A DNA stretch of 64,000 nt from Anaeramoeba ignava BMAN. Its lineage: Eukaryota; Protista; Anaeramoebae. The translations under genes were made by a program, and so were the position numbers. This document shows, in pieces, positions 37,004-47,875 of the stretch. The stretch covers positions 1 through 64,000 of the forward strand of contig JAPDFW010000135.1 in the NCBI GenBank assembly GCA_028826165.1. The letters are read 5' to 3'. The number at the start of each line of letters is the position of its first letter. The stretch's first letter is position 1. Below the pieces are notes generated by a model, which saw nothing but the letters and a program-made list of their open reading frames with translations, did no database searches and had not been told where the DNA came from.

Positions 37004-38482
37004 TTAATTCAAAGAAATTTCATCCTTGAGTTTCTCTGGAACATGAGAAACGACCAATTTTCCATCATAAGAAACAGAAGCGAAAATCCAAGGTTCAAAA
37101 GGACTCCAAGAAATAGCATAAACACTATCTTCATGTGAGTCATAAGACTTGGCTAGCCCATCATGGCCTTGTCTTTTGGATCGTGCGCTTTTCTGGCGCC
37201 GTCTATTGCCGCGACTCAGACGGGTTTTGTCGCTCTCATCTTCATCTTCCAAAAGCAACTCAAATGCAAATGAAGGAACGTTCCAAAGCTTTACAGTTGA
37301 ATCTGTGCTTGAACTCAACAGCAACTGGTCGTAAATCGGGTTGAACTCAATATTCCAAACCCAGTGCGAATGCCCAGCAAGTGTGATTAGTGCTTGTGGC
37401 TGCTTATTTTGATATACAAATTCTTTTGTGTTTCGAAGATCCCAAAAATTGATTAAAAAATCATCTCCAGCAGTTGCAATATGCCACGGTTTGTTCCGAT
37501 TGAACGCAAGATCTCGGATCGCCCCGCCTTGTGCATGCTCGATTTCTTGTGTTTCTCTGTGGGTTTTTTATTGGTCATTATGAGTAAAAATGTAAGAATT
37601 ATTCTTGACTTAAAAAATTTTTTGTCAAATACTTAAGTGTTCGTAAATCCCAAATTCTCAACGAACTTTCGTTACTCGTCGCGAACTGATGCGGTTGGAG
37701 AAAGTCCCATGCGCTCGCTGTTATCACCTCAAGTTCTCCAACATTGATTTTGTTGTCAAGCTTCGCTTCTTTTTCTTTTTCGTTTTTGTTTAAATTCCAA
37801 ATTTGGATCGAACGTTCGTCAACAGAGATCACTTTTTCTTTATTTTCGCCAGTCGGATCAAAAAGGATACTGCATAAAACAATCATCCAAATAAAAGTTA
37901 GTGAAAAAAGATCAATTAAATATTCAATCAATTCTTTGTCCAAAAACCCGGTTTTTCTGAGAACCAAAAAAAACCAGTGTATTTTCTTAAAGGAAAAAAA
38001 AAGTTCACCTTTTGATTCGTCCGTTAAATCCGTTGAAATCCACCAACTTCTCCATATCAGAGAAATCGCCAGCTTTTTCCCGTTCTTCTTGTGTTTTAAT
38101 CCGCCACAGACTTCCTGCAAACTCCATTCCTGTATTATAACCTGTAATGAGAAGACTTGGGTCCCAGTTGCAGGAAGAAAGACTCCAGATTTCTGGTTTA
38201 TGATCCAGAATTCTATTGCATATGATTTCGTTTTTTTCTTCTATATATTCCACTAGATGGATCTTGTGCAGTATAAATTATTTTTTTAATTTGATTTTGT
38301 TGATTTTTTTTTGATTTGATTTTTTTTTGATTTGGATTTTTTACTTCGTTTTCTTCTCTTAAACTTCTTGTTCCAATTAAAAATTCAATATGATTTTCAT
38401 CATAAACTGGTGCAAGAGTTGTTGATTGATATTTTAAACCGGTATAAGTTGCAAGATTTTTATTTGTATGAGCAGAAGACAT
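37004..38482 (-). CDS. EIPR1: EARP/GARP-interacting WD40 protein EIPR1/TSSC1 (4 exons)
   Basis: YTGLKYQ...EFLIGTRSLREENE|IHLVEY, IATAGDD, GHSHWVWNIEFNPIYDQLLLSSSTDSTVKLW and HEDSVYAISWSPFEPWIFASVSYDGKLVV; three phase-consistent GT-AG introns. Confidence 0.9.
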
Positions 38483-38590
38483 AAAAGAAGTTTTTTTTCT
38501 TTTTTTTTTAAAAAATGAAATGAAAAAAATGATTTCAAAATTATTTCAAAATTATTTCAAAAGTATTTGTTTATTTATTTGTTTATTTGT

Positions 38591-41500
38591 TTATTTGTTT
38601 GTGGGGTTTTTGATTGTATTCAAAAGTTCGTAAAGTTTTTGATTTTCATCGTAAAGAATTTTATATTCTTCAAGAATATCAGCAATTTCACCAATAGTTA
38701 CTTTATCCAATGAAGTAATATTTTGATATTGATAAATTCGAGGTGTTAAATAGAATTTTGCCAATTCTCGCTGTTCATTTTTGGCTTGTTTGTTAATCGC
38801 CAAAACTCCTTTTTTTGTCCCTAATTTTTGTTCTTCTTTTTTTATCTCTAATTTTTGTTCTTCTTTTTTTATCTCTAATTTTTGTTCTTCTTTTTTTATC
38901 TCTAATTTTTGTTCTTCTTTTTTTTCTTCCATTTTTACTTGAGAATCCTGTTCAGAAACCACAAGATTCTCCTTGCTATTTTCCAATATTGTATTCTGTT
39001 CTTCCCTGTTCTCTGTCTCGCTTTCTATTCTTTCTTCCTTCCCAGTTTTCTGTTGATCGTTTTTTCGTTCGGTTTTTTGATCATCTTTTTTCTCTTTTTT
39101 GTTTTCTGCTTTTTCTTGTGTTTTTCAGGAATTAAAAAATAAGTTTGCGTCTTTGTTTTCGATTCTTCCCCATTCGCTGAATCATTTTCATTTGGGGATT
39201 TGGCTTCTTTTTTTTCTGAATTTTGTTGTACTTGAGCTTTTTCTTTTTGATTTGAAGTGTTTTTTTGAATTGGAAATTGTTGTGGAAATGAATTTTGGAA
39301 ATCGAAAGCATGCGAGATAATTTCATCCACATTTTCATTGATTTCAAGACCAGAATCATCATGAATTGCTGTGGAGTCGTTAATTTTATGAAGCTGATTT
39401 TTTGAGTCACTTGATTCATCTTCAATATCAAAAGGGATTGTGTGAGTTTTTTTTGAAACTTGGGGTTTTTTTGGGATTCTAAAGGAGCGAAAAAGAGGGT
39501 TTGCGCTTTGGGTCTTGTCGTCCTCATTGTCATCGAAGATTTGGAATGTACCAAACATACGTTTTTCTATTGAAGATTCTTCAAAAAAGTTATTCTGTAG
39601 ATTAGGACTTTTCCGAAGAACATTATCAAAAATCATTGATTTAGGTCTGACAAGACTATTATGCGCTTGTTGGAAATTTGAGCGTTTCTCTGGGAGTTCG
39701 ACACTGCGCATGGAGTTCATGATTTGTGGATCGGGACTGTGTCTGTGATTGGAAAGTATTGCGTCTATTTTTTGTTGAGAATTTGGTGTTTTATTTCGAG
39801 ATTGTTTTTCGGATTGTTCAGCTTCTTCAACAAACAATTCGAATGTCAACGGATCAATTGAAAGATCTGTTGATGAAATGTTTTCTAGGAATGACACCGC
39901 CGTCATGAAGTTTGCAAAATAATATCCCGTTTCCGAAGTGGAAAGCGACTGAGCAAAACGGAAATTTTGGATGTATTGAATATTTGAATGTATTTTCTTG
40001 ATATTTGATTTCAAAACAATGTAGATAAACAAAGGCAAAAAATCATCAGCTCCAGTTATTTTGCCGCTTTCTTCAAGAATTTTCCCAAGAATTTCCGAGC
40101 AGTTTTGAATGCATTCGAGTTTTCGACCCGGTGATTTGTATTTGTTGATTTTCTGAATCTCCGTTTTTGCTTGGCTCAATAGTTTTTTATTGTGTAGATA
40201 TTCTTCTGGAATCTCAAGATTTTCCGGCTTGATAAATGATAGTATTTTCAGTTTTTGTTCTAATTCTTTATCTAAATATTCGTCTCTTTGTCCGTAAAAA
40301 TAAAACACTTTCTTGTGTATTTTCACCATTATATATTTCTCAAACATTTCCTTGATTTCTTTCAGTTGATTTTCTTCCATTTGATAATGATCTGATGTTT
40401 TTTTATCTGGTTCTATGTATTTTAGTTCAGAAATTCCTGGTACAATTTCTTCAAATAATGCATCGTAGAAATATTCTCCACTTAATTCATTTAAAAATTG
40501 CTTCATTTTTTCACTTGCTTCGCTTATTTTCGTGATTTGATTTCCTGGAAATTCTCGAATGAATTCTCGGATTTTTGTTGTTAGTCGTGATCGTGGATAT
40601 TTTTTGAAATATTGTTTTAGTTCTTTGTAGTTTCGAATATAAAATTGATTTTCTTGTTCAGCAAATTGATATTGTTGGATTTGATTTTTATTTTCTTTAA
40701 TTTTTTGATTTTGATTTTGATTTTGATTTTGATTTTGATTTTGATTTTGATTTTGATTTTGATTTTGATTTTGATTTTGATTTTGATTTTGATTTTGATT
40801 TTGATTTTGATTTTGATTTTGATTTTCTTTTTCATTTTGTATTTCATTTTGATTTTCATTTTGATTTTCATTTTCATTTTCATTTTGGTTTTCGTTTTCA
40901 TTTTGATTTTGATTTTGATTTTGTATTTCATTTTGATTTTTATTTTGATTTTGATTTTCATTTTCATTTTGATTTTGATTTTGATTTTGATTTTCTTTTT
41001 CATTTTGATTTTCATTTTGATTTTCATTTTGATTTTGATTTTGATTTTGATTTTGATTTTCATTTTGATTTTCATTTTGATTTTCAATTTGAATTTTATT
41101 TTGGTTTTCGTTTTCATTTTGATTTTGATTTTGATTTTCATTTTCATTTTGATTTTGATTTTGATTTTGATTTTGATTTTGATTTTGATTTTGATTTTGA
41201 TTTTGATTTTGATTTTGATTTTGATTTTGATTTTGATTTTGATTTTGATTTTCATTTTCATTTTGATTTTCAGTCAAATTTTCACTTGAATTTTCACTAG
41301 AATTTTCACTTTCACTTTGATTTGAGTCATGTTCTGATTTAGATTTTGAATTAGATTTAGAATTAGATTTAGATTTAGATTTAGATTTAGATTTAGATTT
41401 AGATTTTGATTTTGATTCAGATTTAGATTTAGATTTAGATTTAGATTTAGATTTTGATTCAGATTTAGATTTAGATTTTGATTCAGATTCAGATTTAGAT

Positions 41501-42249
41501 TTTGATTCAGATTTAGAATTTGATTTAGATTCAGATTCAGATTTAGATTTTGAATTAGATTTTGAATTAGATTTAGATTTAGATTCAGATTTAGATTTAG
41601 ATTTAGATTTAGATTTAGATTTAGATTTAGATTTAGATTTAGATTTAGATTTAGATTTAGATTTAGATTCAGATTTAGATTTAGATTTAGATTTAGATTT
41701 AGATTTAGATTTAGATTCAGATTTAGATTTAGATTTAGATTTAGATTTAGAATTTAAATTTGAATTTGAATTTGATTTCTCTGGCTTTTTATCTTGTAAA
41801 AAATCTAAAAATGGAAGAGGAGAAGATAATAAAATCATTTCAAAAGATTCAGATCTTTCTTTTATAAATAACATTCCAGTTGAAATAATAAAAGGATTTT
41901 TATATTTGGTATTAAAATTATTTTTAATTTCAACATTTTCATTAGAAGATTTTTGATTGAATTGCTTTAAAATAACAAATTGATTTTGATCATTTTTTGA
42001 ATGAGAGATTTTTATTAAACCTTTAATTCCATTTGAAGTAATGAAATTTTGCTTTTTCTTTTGATTGAATATTAAAATATGAGATTTAACAAATTTTGAA
42101 GTTATTTTTTTTGGTAATTTTTCTATTTGAGGAATTGCTAATTTAATAACTTGATTAGATTTAATTTTTGGAATAAATTTATTATTATTTTGAATAAGAA
42201 AAGAAATTAAAGAATTATTTTCAATTTCAAAATTAATTAATTCATCCAT
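38591..42249 (-). CDS. VPS9-domain Rab5-family GEF with SK/SE and QN dipeptide tracts; probable 1-bp indel near 39120 joins ORFs 39025-42249 and 38591-38986
   Basis: KINKYKSPGRKLECI, TGADDFLPLFIYIVLKSN, SNIQYIQNFR and ETGYYFANFMTAVSFLE. C-terminal LDKVTIGEIADILEEYKIL resembles the Vps9a-type tail. Confidence 0.88.
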
Positions 42250-42400
42250 AATAATAATAAAAAGAAAAATGAAAAAAAAAAGGGAAAAATAAAAAAAAAA
42301 AAATAAAAAAAAAAAAATTAATTTTTTAAATTAATAAATAAATAAATAAAATTTTTAAATTTAAAAAATAAGAAAAAAAAAAATTAAATTAAATTTAAAA

Positions 42401-42471
42401 GGGCTTATGGTCTAATGGTATGATTCGTTCTTAGGGTGGACGAGGAAGGGGTTCAATTCCCCTTAAGCCCC
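42401..42471 (+). tRNA. tRNA-Pro (anticodon AGG)
   Basis: Acceptor stem GGGCTTA/TAAGCCC, D-arm TGGTCTAATGGTATGATT, anticodon arm CGTTC-TTAGGGT-GGACG, T-arm AGGGG-TTCAATT-CCCCT; downstream poly-T Pol III terminator. Confidence 0.95.
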
Positions 42472-42540
42472 TATATTTTTTTTTATTTTTTTTTCAATTA
42501 AATTTTTTTTTTTATTTTTTTTTTCATTTTTTTCTTTTAA

Positions 42541-43737
42541 ATGCAAAATAAAAAAATTTTTCGTTGTCTTTCTATTGATGGAGGTGGAATTCGTGGAATT
42601 ATTCCTTTAGTTATTCTTTGTGAAATTGAAAAAAAAACTAATAAATCTATAAGTGAATTATTTGATTTTATTTCTGGTACTTCAACTGGTGGAATAATTG
42701 CACTTGCTTTATCAATTAGAGAATTAAAACAAAATAATGACAAATTTACCAACCCAGTTTTTAATTCAAAATTTTCAGCTGAAACATTATTAGATTACTA
42801 TAAAAATTTAGGTCAAACTGTTTTTACAAATAACCCAATTGAATATGGAATTAATTCTTTCAAGAAAAGAAAAAAATCTCTTAAAAAAACAGAATCTATT
42901 AATGAAAATAACGAAATTGAAGAAAATAAAGAAATTGAAGAAAATGAAAAAGGAGTAAAATTACAAACAGAAGAAAATAAACCAAAAGAACAAAGCAAAA
43001 AATCATTTGCAAAATCTCTTTTTTCAAGTGTTGCTAATTTTGGTGCAAAACATTTGGATAATTTTGTCAAGGAAAAAACAAATTTCACTTTTTTGGATTA
43101 TTTCAAAACAAAATATCCAAGAAGTGGAATTGATTCACTTTTGAAAAAATTTTTTGGAGAGTTAAAAATGAATGAATGTTTCAATCAAGTTTTTATACCT
43201 TCTTTTAACGTTTCAACAAGAGAACCAATTTTTTTCACAAACAAAAACAACACAAAAATACGCAAAGTCGCAGGAGCAACATCAGCAGCTCCAACGTATT
43301 TTGACCCAGCAAAAATCGAGGATGATTTTTATCTTGATGGAGGAGTTTTTGCTAACAATCCTTGTCTATCCATGTTTTCTTTACTTTCTCAAAGAACAAT
43401 TCCCATTTCAAATATGTTTATTGTTTCACTGGGAACCGGTCTTTTCAAGCCTCCAATCCATGAAAAAATCATTGATGCAGGCAAACTTGAATGGAGTAAA
43501 TATATTTTCGATATTTTCATCGATAGTGGTTCAGATCTTGTGGATTTTTCTATGAAACAACTTTTTTCTTTTTATCCAAATCAATATTTCCGTTTTCAAT
43601 CCACTTTGGATAAAGAAATTATTCTTGATGATTGTTCTACTGAAAATATTCAATATCTTGAAAATCTTGCAAAGAAGATGATTCAACAGAATCAGGATCA
43701 AATTGATTTAGTTTGTAAAATTCTGACATCAAATTAA
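42541..43737 (+). CDS. Patatin-like phospholipase, intronless
   Basis: LSIDGGGIRG oxyanion motif, GTSTG nucleophile elbow, ATSAAPTYF, DGGVFANNP and SLGTG. Confidence 0.95.
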   Translation: MQNKKIFRCLSIDGGGIRGIIPLVILCEIEKKTNKSISELFDFISGTSTGGIIALALSIRELKQNNDKFTNPVFNSKFSAETLLDYYKNLGQTVFTNNPIEYGINSFKKRKKSLKKTESINENNEIEENKEIEENEKGVKLQTEENKPKEQSKKSFAKSLFSSVANFGAKHLDNFVKEKTNFTFLDYFKTKYPRSGIDSLLKKFFGELKMNECFNQVFIPSFNVSTREPIFFTNKNNTKIRKVAGATSAAPTYFDPAKIEDDFYLDGGVFANNPCLSMFSLLSQRTIPISNMFIVSLGTGLFKPPIHEKIIDAGKLEWSKYIFDIFIDSGSDLVDFSMKQLFSFYPNQYFRFQSTLDKEIILDDCSTENIQYLENLAKKMIQQNQDQIDLVCKILTSN

Positions 43738-44860
43738 ACAATTTTGAACAAAAAATCAAATTAAACAATTTTGAAACAAAAATCAATCAAATTAAACAAT
43801 TTTGAAACAAAAATCAATCAATTTTAAATTTTGAAACAAAAATTAATCAATTTTAAACAATTTTGAAACAAAAATCAATCAAATTAATCAATTTTAAATT
43901 TTGAAACAAAAATCAATCAAATTTAAATTTTCAAACAAATCAAATTAAACAATTTTGAAACAAAAATCAATCAAATTAAACATTTTGAACAAAAATCAAT
44001 CAAATTAAACAATTTTGAAACAAAAATCAATCAAATTAAACAATTTTGAACAAAAATCAATCAATTTAAACAATTTTGAAACAATCAATCAATTTTAAAC
44101 AATTTTGAAACAAAAATTAATCAAATTAAACAATTTTGAAACAAAAATTAATCAATTTTAAACAATTTTGAAACAAAAATTAATCAATTTTAAACAATTT
44201 TGAAACAAATCAATCAATTTTAAATTTTGAAACAAAAATCAATCAATTTAAACAATTTTGAAACAAAAATCAATCAAATTTAAATTTTCAAACAAATCAA
44301 ATTAAACAATTTTGAAACAAAAATTAATCAATTTTAAATTTTGAAACAAAAATTAATCAATTTTAAACAATTTTGAAACAAAAATTAATCAATTTTAAAT
44401 TTTGAAACAAAAATTAATCAAATTTAAATATTGAAACAAAAATTAATCAATTTTAAATTTTGAAACAAAAATTAATCAATTTTAAATTTTGAAACAAAAA
44501 TTAATCAAATTAAACAATTTTGAAACAAAAATTAATCAATTTTAAATTTTGAAACAAAAATTAATCAAATTAAACAATTTTGAAACAAAAATTAATCAAT
44601 TTTAAATTTTGAAACAAAAATTAATCAATTTTGAATTTTGAAACAAAAATTAATCAATTTTAAATTTTGAAACAAAAATTAATCAAATTAAAGAATTTTG
44701 AAACAAAAATTAATCAAACTAAACAATTTTGAAACAAAAATCAATCAAATTAAACAATTTTGAAACAAAAATCAATCAATTAAACAATTTTGAAACAAAA
44801 ATCAAATTAATCAATTTTAAATTTTGAAACAAAAATTAATCAATTTTAAATTTTGAATTT
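43730..44860. repeat. Intergenic minisatellite (~28-31 bp, AAATTAAACAATTTTGAAACAAAAATYAATC) between convergent genes
   Basis: About 38 copies of the TTTTGAAACAAAAA core; the first copy overlaps the patatin stop codon. Confidence 0.93.
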
Positions 44861-44913
44861 TAAATATTGAATTTGAAAAAAAAAAAGGAAATTAAACAAA
44901 ATTTTTTCAATAT

Positions 44914-47598
44914 TTAAAATAAAACTAAAAATAAAACCAAAAAAAACCAAGAAAATCTTAAAACAATTATTCCTCTGCTTACAACATGTTTTTCCAAAAC
45001 AATAATTTCAAAAACAGTTGAATTATAACTTCCCCAATAATCTTCATAAGCATGAATCTCAATAAAATAATTGCCTTGAGTAACTGGAATTCCTGAAAAT
45101 TCTCTTGTTTTATTATCAAAAGATAACCATTTTGGAAGGACTTGTTCATTTTGTAAAGAAGCATTATAATAAATCAAAGACATATTGGATAAAGAAAAAG
45201 TGTCATTTGGAAAAATAAAAGAGAAAATGGTAAAAGTTGAAGTTTCTTGTGCAAGAATGGAATTGCAAACAATAATATGATCCCGAATCTCAAGATGGAA
45301 AATCGTTGAAACTTCAAAAGAACAGGATAAATAATTCCCAATAATTTTGAAATTGGAAACTTGAATAACATCAGGAACTCCAAAAATTTCCCCAGTTTGT
45401 GAATTAATCGACATCCAAACTGGAACTGGATCTCCATTCTCCATTTCAATAGAATAACTCAATGAAGAATCACTTGAGTAATTGAAAGTATCCGATGGGA
45501 TTGTATAGTTAAAATATTCCATATATAGTCCACTTTGTTCAGGAATTGGTTTTGCAAATGTGAAGTTTTGTAGTGAATAAATTGTTAGTAAAATGTTAAA
45601 TGGATCCCATGTGTTTAAATTTCCTCTCCAAATTATTCCAAATGTGTTATTATCAAATTCTTTAATACTTGGATTCATATCAAAACATGATATACAAAAA
45701 TGTGGTGAAAATGAATTGGATATTTTTGTTATATTCTTGTCATATATTGTTAGTTGAATTATTGATCCTGATGTATTTAATGTCTCACTTGTTATTGTTG
45801 TTGCTAATATTATATTGTCTATATTGATTCTAGTTGTTGATGGTTCTGTTGCGTCTTGTTCAATTTCTGTTAATTTTACTTCTTTTCCAATTTTTGTTGT
45901 GTTTTCATCAATTATTTGTCCATAAATAGAAAACAAATTAGAAGTTGAATTATGTATTTGCCATAAAATGAGATATTTTTGATCCGGAATACTAAGTATA
46001 TCAATATTAGTTCTAGTATCTATTTCCTTTATTTGTTTATAATTTTTAGATTCTTTTGAATTTTTGAATTTATCAAATTCATCAAATTCATCAAATTCAT
46101 CAAATTCATCAAATTCATCAAATTCTTCAAATTCTTCAAATTCATCAAATTCATCAAATTCATCAAATTCATCAAAATCATCAAAATCATCAAATTCTTC
46201 TAAATCTTCTAAATCATCAAATTCATCAAATTCATAATCAAAATCTTCTAAATCTTGAAATTGCTTAAACTGTTTAAATTGTCTAAATTGTTTAAATTCA
46301 TCAAAATCTTCAAATTCTTCAAATTCATAATCAAAATCTTCAAATTCTTCAAATTCATAATCAAATTCTTCAAATTCATAATCAAAATCTTCAAATTCTT
46401 CAAATTCATAATCAAATTCTTCAAATTCTTCAAATTCTTCAAATTCATAATCTTTAAAATTTTCGAATTCTTGTAAATCTATATCTTCTATATCATCTAT
46501 ATCTTCAAATTCTTCAAAATTTTCTGATTGTTTAAATTGCTTAAATTTCTTAAACTCTTGATATTCTTTAAATTCTTGATATTTTTGAAATTCTTGAAAT
46601 TCTTGAAACTCTTCTAATTCTTTAAATTCTTTAAATTCTTTAAATTCTTGAAACTCTTCAAACTCTTCAATTTCTTGTAAATTTTCCAAATCTTTGAATT
46701 TTTTGAATTCTTCAAATTGTTCAAATTCTAGAAAATCTTGAAATTGTTTAAAAATTTCAAAATCTTCAACTTGGATAAATTCATTAAATTCATCAAATTC
46801 ATCAAATTCATTTTTGTTTACAACAAATACATCAGCAATTTTTGATCCATTATTATCAAAAAGTTGAGCATAAACATCAGATGTATTTTGCTCTAACAAA
46901 ATATTTTCCCAAACAACAATAAAATTTCCATCAGAAAAACCTTTTGCAACAGGTTTGACTTGATGAGATGTTGTGTTATAATTAATAAAAAATTCATCTC
47001 CAATTTTTGAACCATTCAAATCAAATAATTGGGCTAAAATTGCATATTCATTTCCTTCTTGAATTGTAACTTCCCAAACAACAACAAATTTTCCGTCATT
47101 TAAACTTGCAATTTGAGGGTTTTTCTGATTTTTGGAAAAATTTGAATTGGCAAAAAATTCTTCACCAATTTTTTCACCAACTGAATTTAAAACTTGGCAA
47201 TAAATTGCAAATTCAGAAAGATTTCCAGTTTGTGAAAAAGAATCCCAAACAACAACAAAATTCCCATTATTTAAATTTGCAATTTGAGGGTTTTTCTGAT
47301 TTTTGGAAATATTTGAATTGATTGTAAAAACATTTTTGAAAATTGATCCATTTGAATTGAAAATTTCTGCTAAAATTTTATATTGTGTCCATTCTTCATT
47401 GATACTTTCCCATACAATTAGAATTGTATTATTTGCTAAAATTGTGCTGACTGGAGTAAATGAAAGTTCATCATTAATATCATCAACAATAATAATCTGA
47501 CTTGATTTGCAAAAACCTTCTTCACAATTTGTTTTTAAAATGAGATTGCAAAAAATTAAGAAAAGAATTAAAATTAAAATTGAAAAGATTTTTAACAT
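44914..47598 (-). CDS. Secreted/surface protein: signal peptide, bacterial-type G.FVVVW repeats, acidic (D/E-E-F) tract, two cadherin-like He_PIG/CADG domains, C-terminal hydrophobic anchor
   Basis: N-terminal hydrophobic leader; QKNPQIANLNNGNFVVVW, QKNPQIASLNDGKFVVVW and VAKGFSDGNFIVVW; FNYTIPSDTF...VPVWMSINSQTGEIFGVP and FIFPNDTF...LPKWLSFDNKTREFSGIP; ends FSWFFLVLFLVLF; intronless. Confidence 0.8.
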   Translation of the reverse strand: MLKIFSILILILFLIFCNLILKTNCEEGFCKSSQIIIVDDINDELSFTPVSTILANNTILIVWESINEEWTQYKILAEIFNSNGSIFKNVFTINSNISKNQKNPQIANLNNGNFVVVWDSFSQTGNLSEFAIYCQVLNSVGEKIGEEFFANSNFSKNQKNPQIASLNDGKFVVVWEVTIQEGNEYAILAQLFDLNGSKIGDEFFINYNTTSHQVKPVAKGFSDGNFIVVWENILLEQNTSDVYAQLFDNNGSKIADVFVVNKNEFDEFDEFNEFIQVEDFEIFKQFQDFLEFEQFEEFKKFKDLENLQEIEEFEEFQEFKEFKEFKELEEFQEFQEFQKYQEFKEYQEFKKFKQFKQSENFEEFEDIDDIEDIDLQEFENFKDYEFEEFEEFEEFDYEFEEFEDFDYEFEEFDYEFEEFEDFDYEFEEFEDFDEFKQFRQFKQFKQFQDLEDFDYEFDEFDDLEDLEEFDDFDDFDEFDEFDEFDEFEEFEEFDEFDEFDEFDEFDEFDKFKNSKESKNYKQIKEIDTRTNIDILSIPDQKYLILWQIHNSTSNLFSIYGQIIDENTTKIGKEVKLTEIEQDATEPSTTRINIDNIILATTITSETLNTSGSIIQLTIYDKNITKISNSFSPHFCISCFDMNPSIKEFDNNTFGIIWRGNLNTWDPFNILLTIYSLQNFTFAKPIPEQSGLYMEYFNYTIPSDTFNYSSDSSLSYSIEMENGDPVPVWMSINSQTGEIFGVPDVIQVSNFKIIGNYLSCSFEVSTIFHLEIRDHIIVCNSILAQETSTFTIFSFIFPNDTFSLSNMSLIYYNASLQNEQVLPKWLSFDNKTREFSGIPVTQGNYFIEIHAYEDYWGSYNSTVFEIIVLEKHVVSRGIIVLRFSWFFLVLFLVLF

Positions 47599-47875
47599 TA
47601 ATTAATTTTAGAAAGAAAAATGAAAGAAAAATGAAAAAAAGAAAATTAATTTTTAAATTAAATTTTTCTTATTGATCTAAAATAAAATAAAAAACTTAAT
47701 TAATTAATTAATTAACTAAACCAAAAAAAAAAATAAAAAAAATTTTAATTTAAATAATTTTTTTTTTAATTTTTTTTTTTTCATTTTTTTCTCATTCTCT
47801 TTTATTTTTGACATAAAAAACAAGAAAGCAAAAAAAAAAAAACAAAATTATTATTATTATTAAAATAATATTAAA

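Noticed and set aside
43730-44860. CRISPR-like array
   Set aside because: The ~30 bp units are directly adjacent with no unique spacers, there are no cas genes and the context is eukaryotic.
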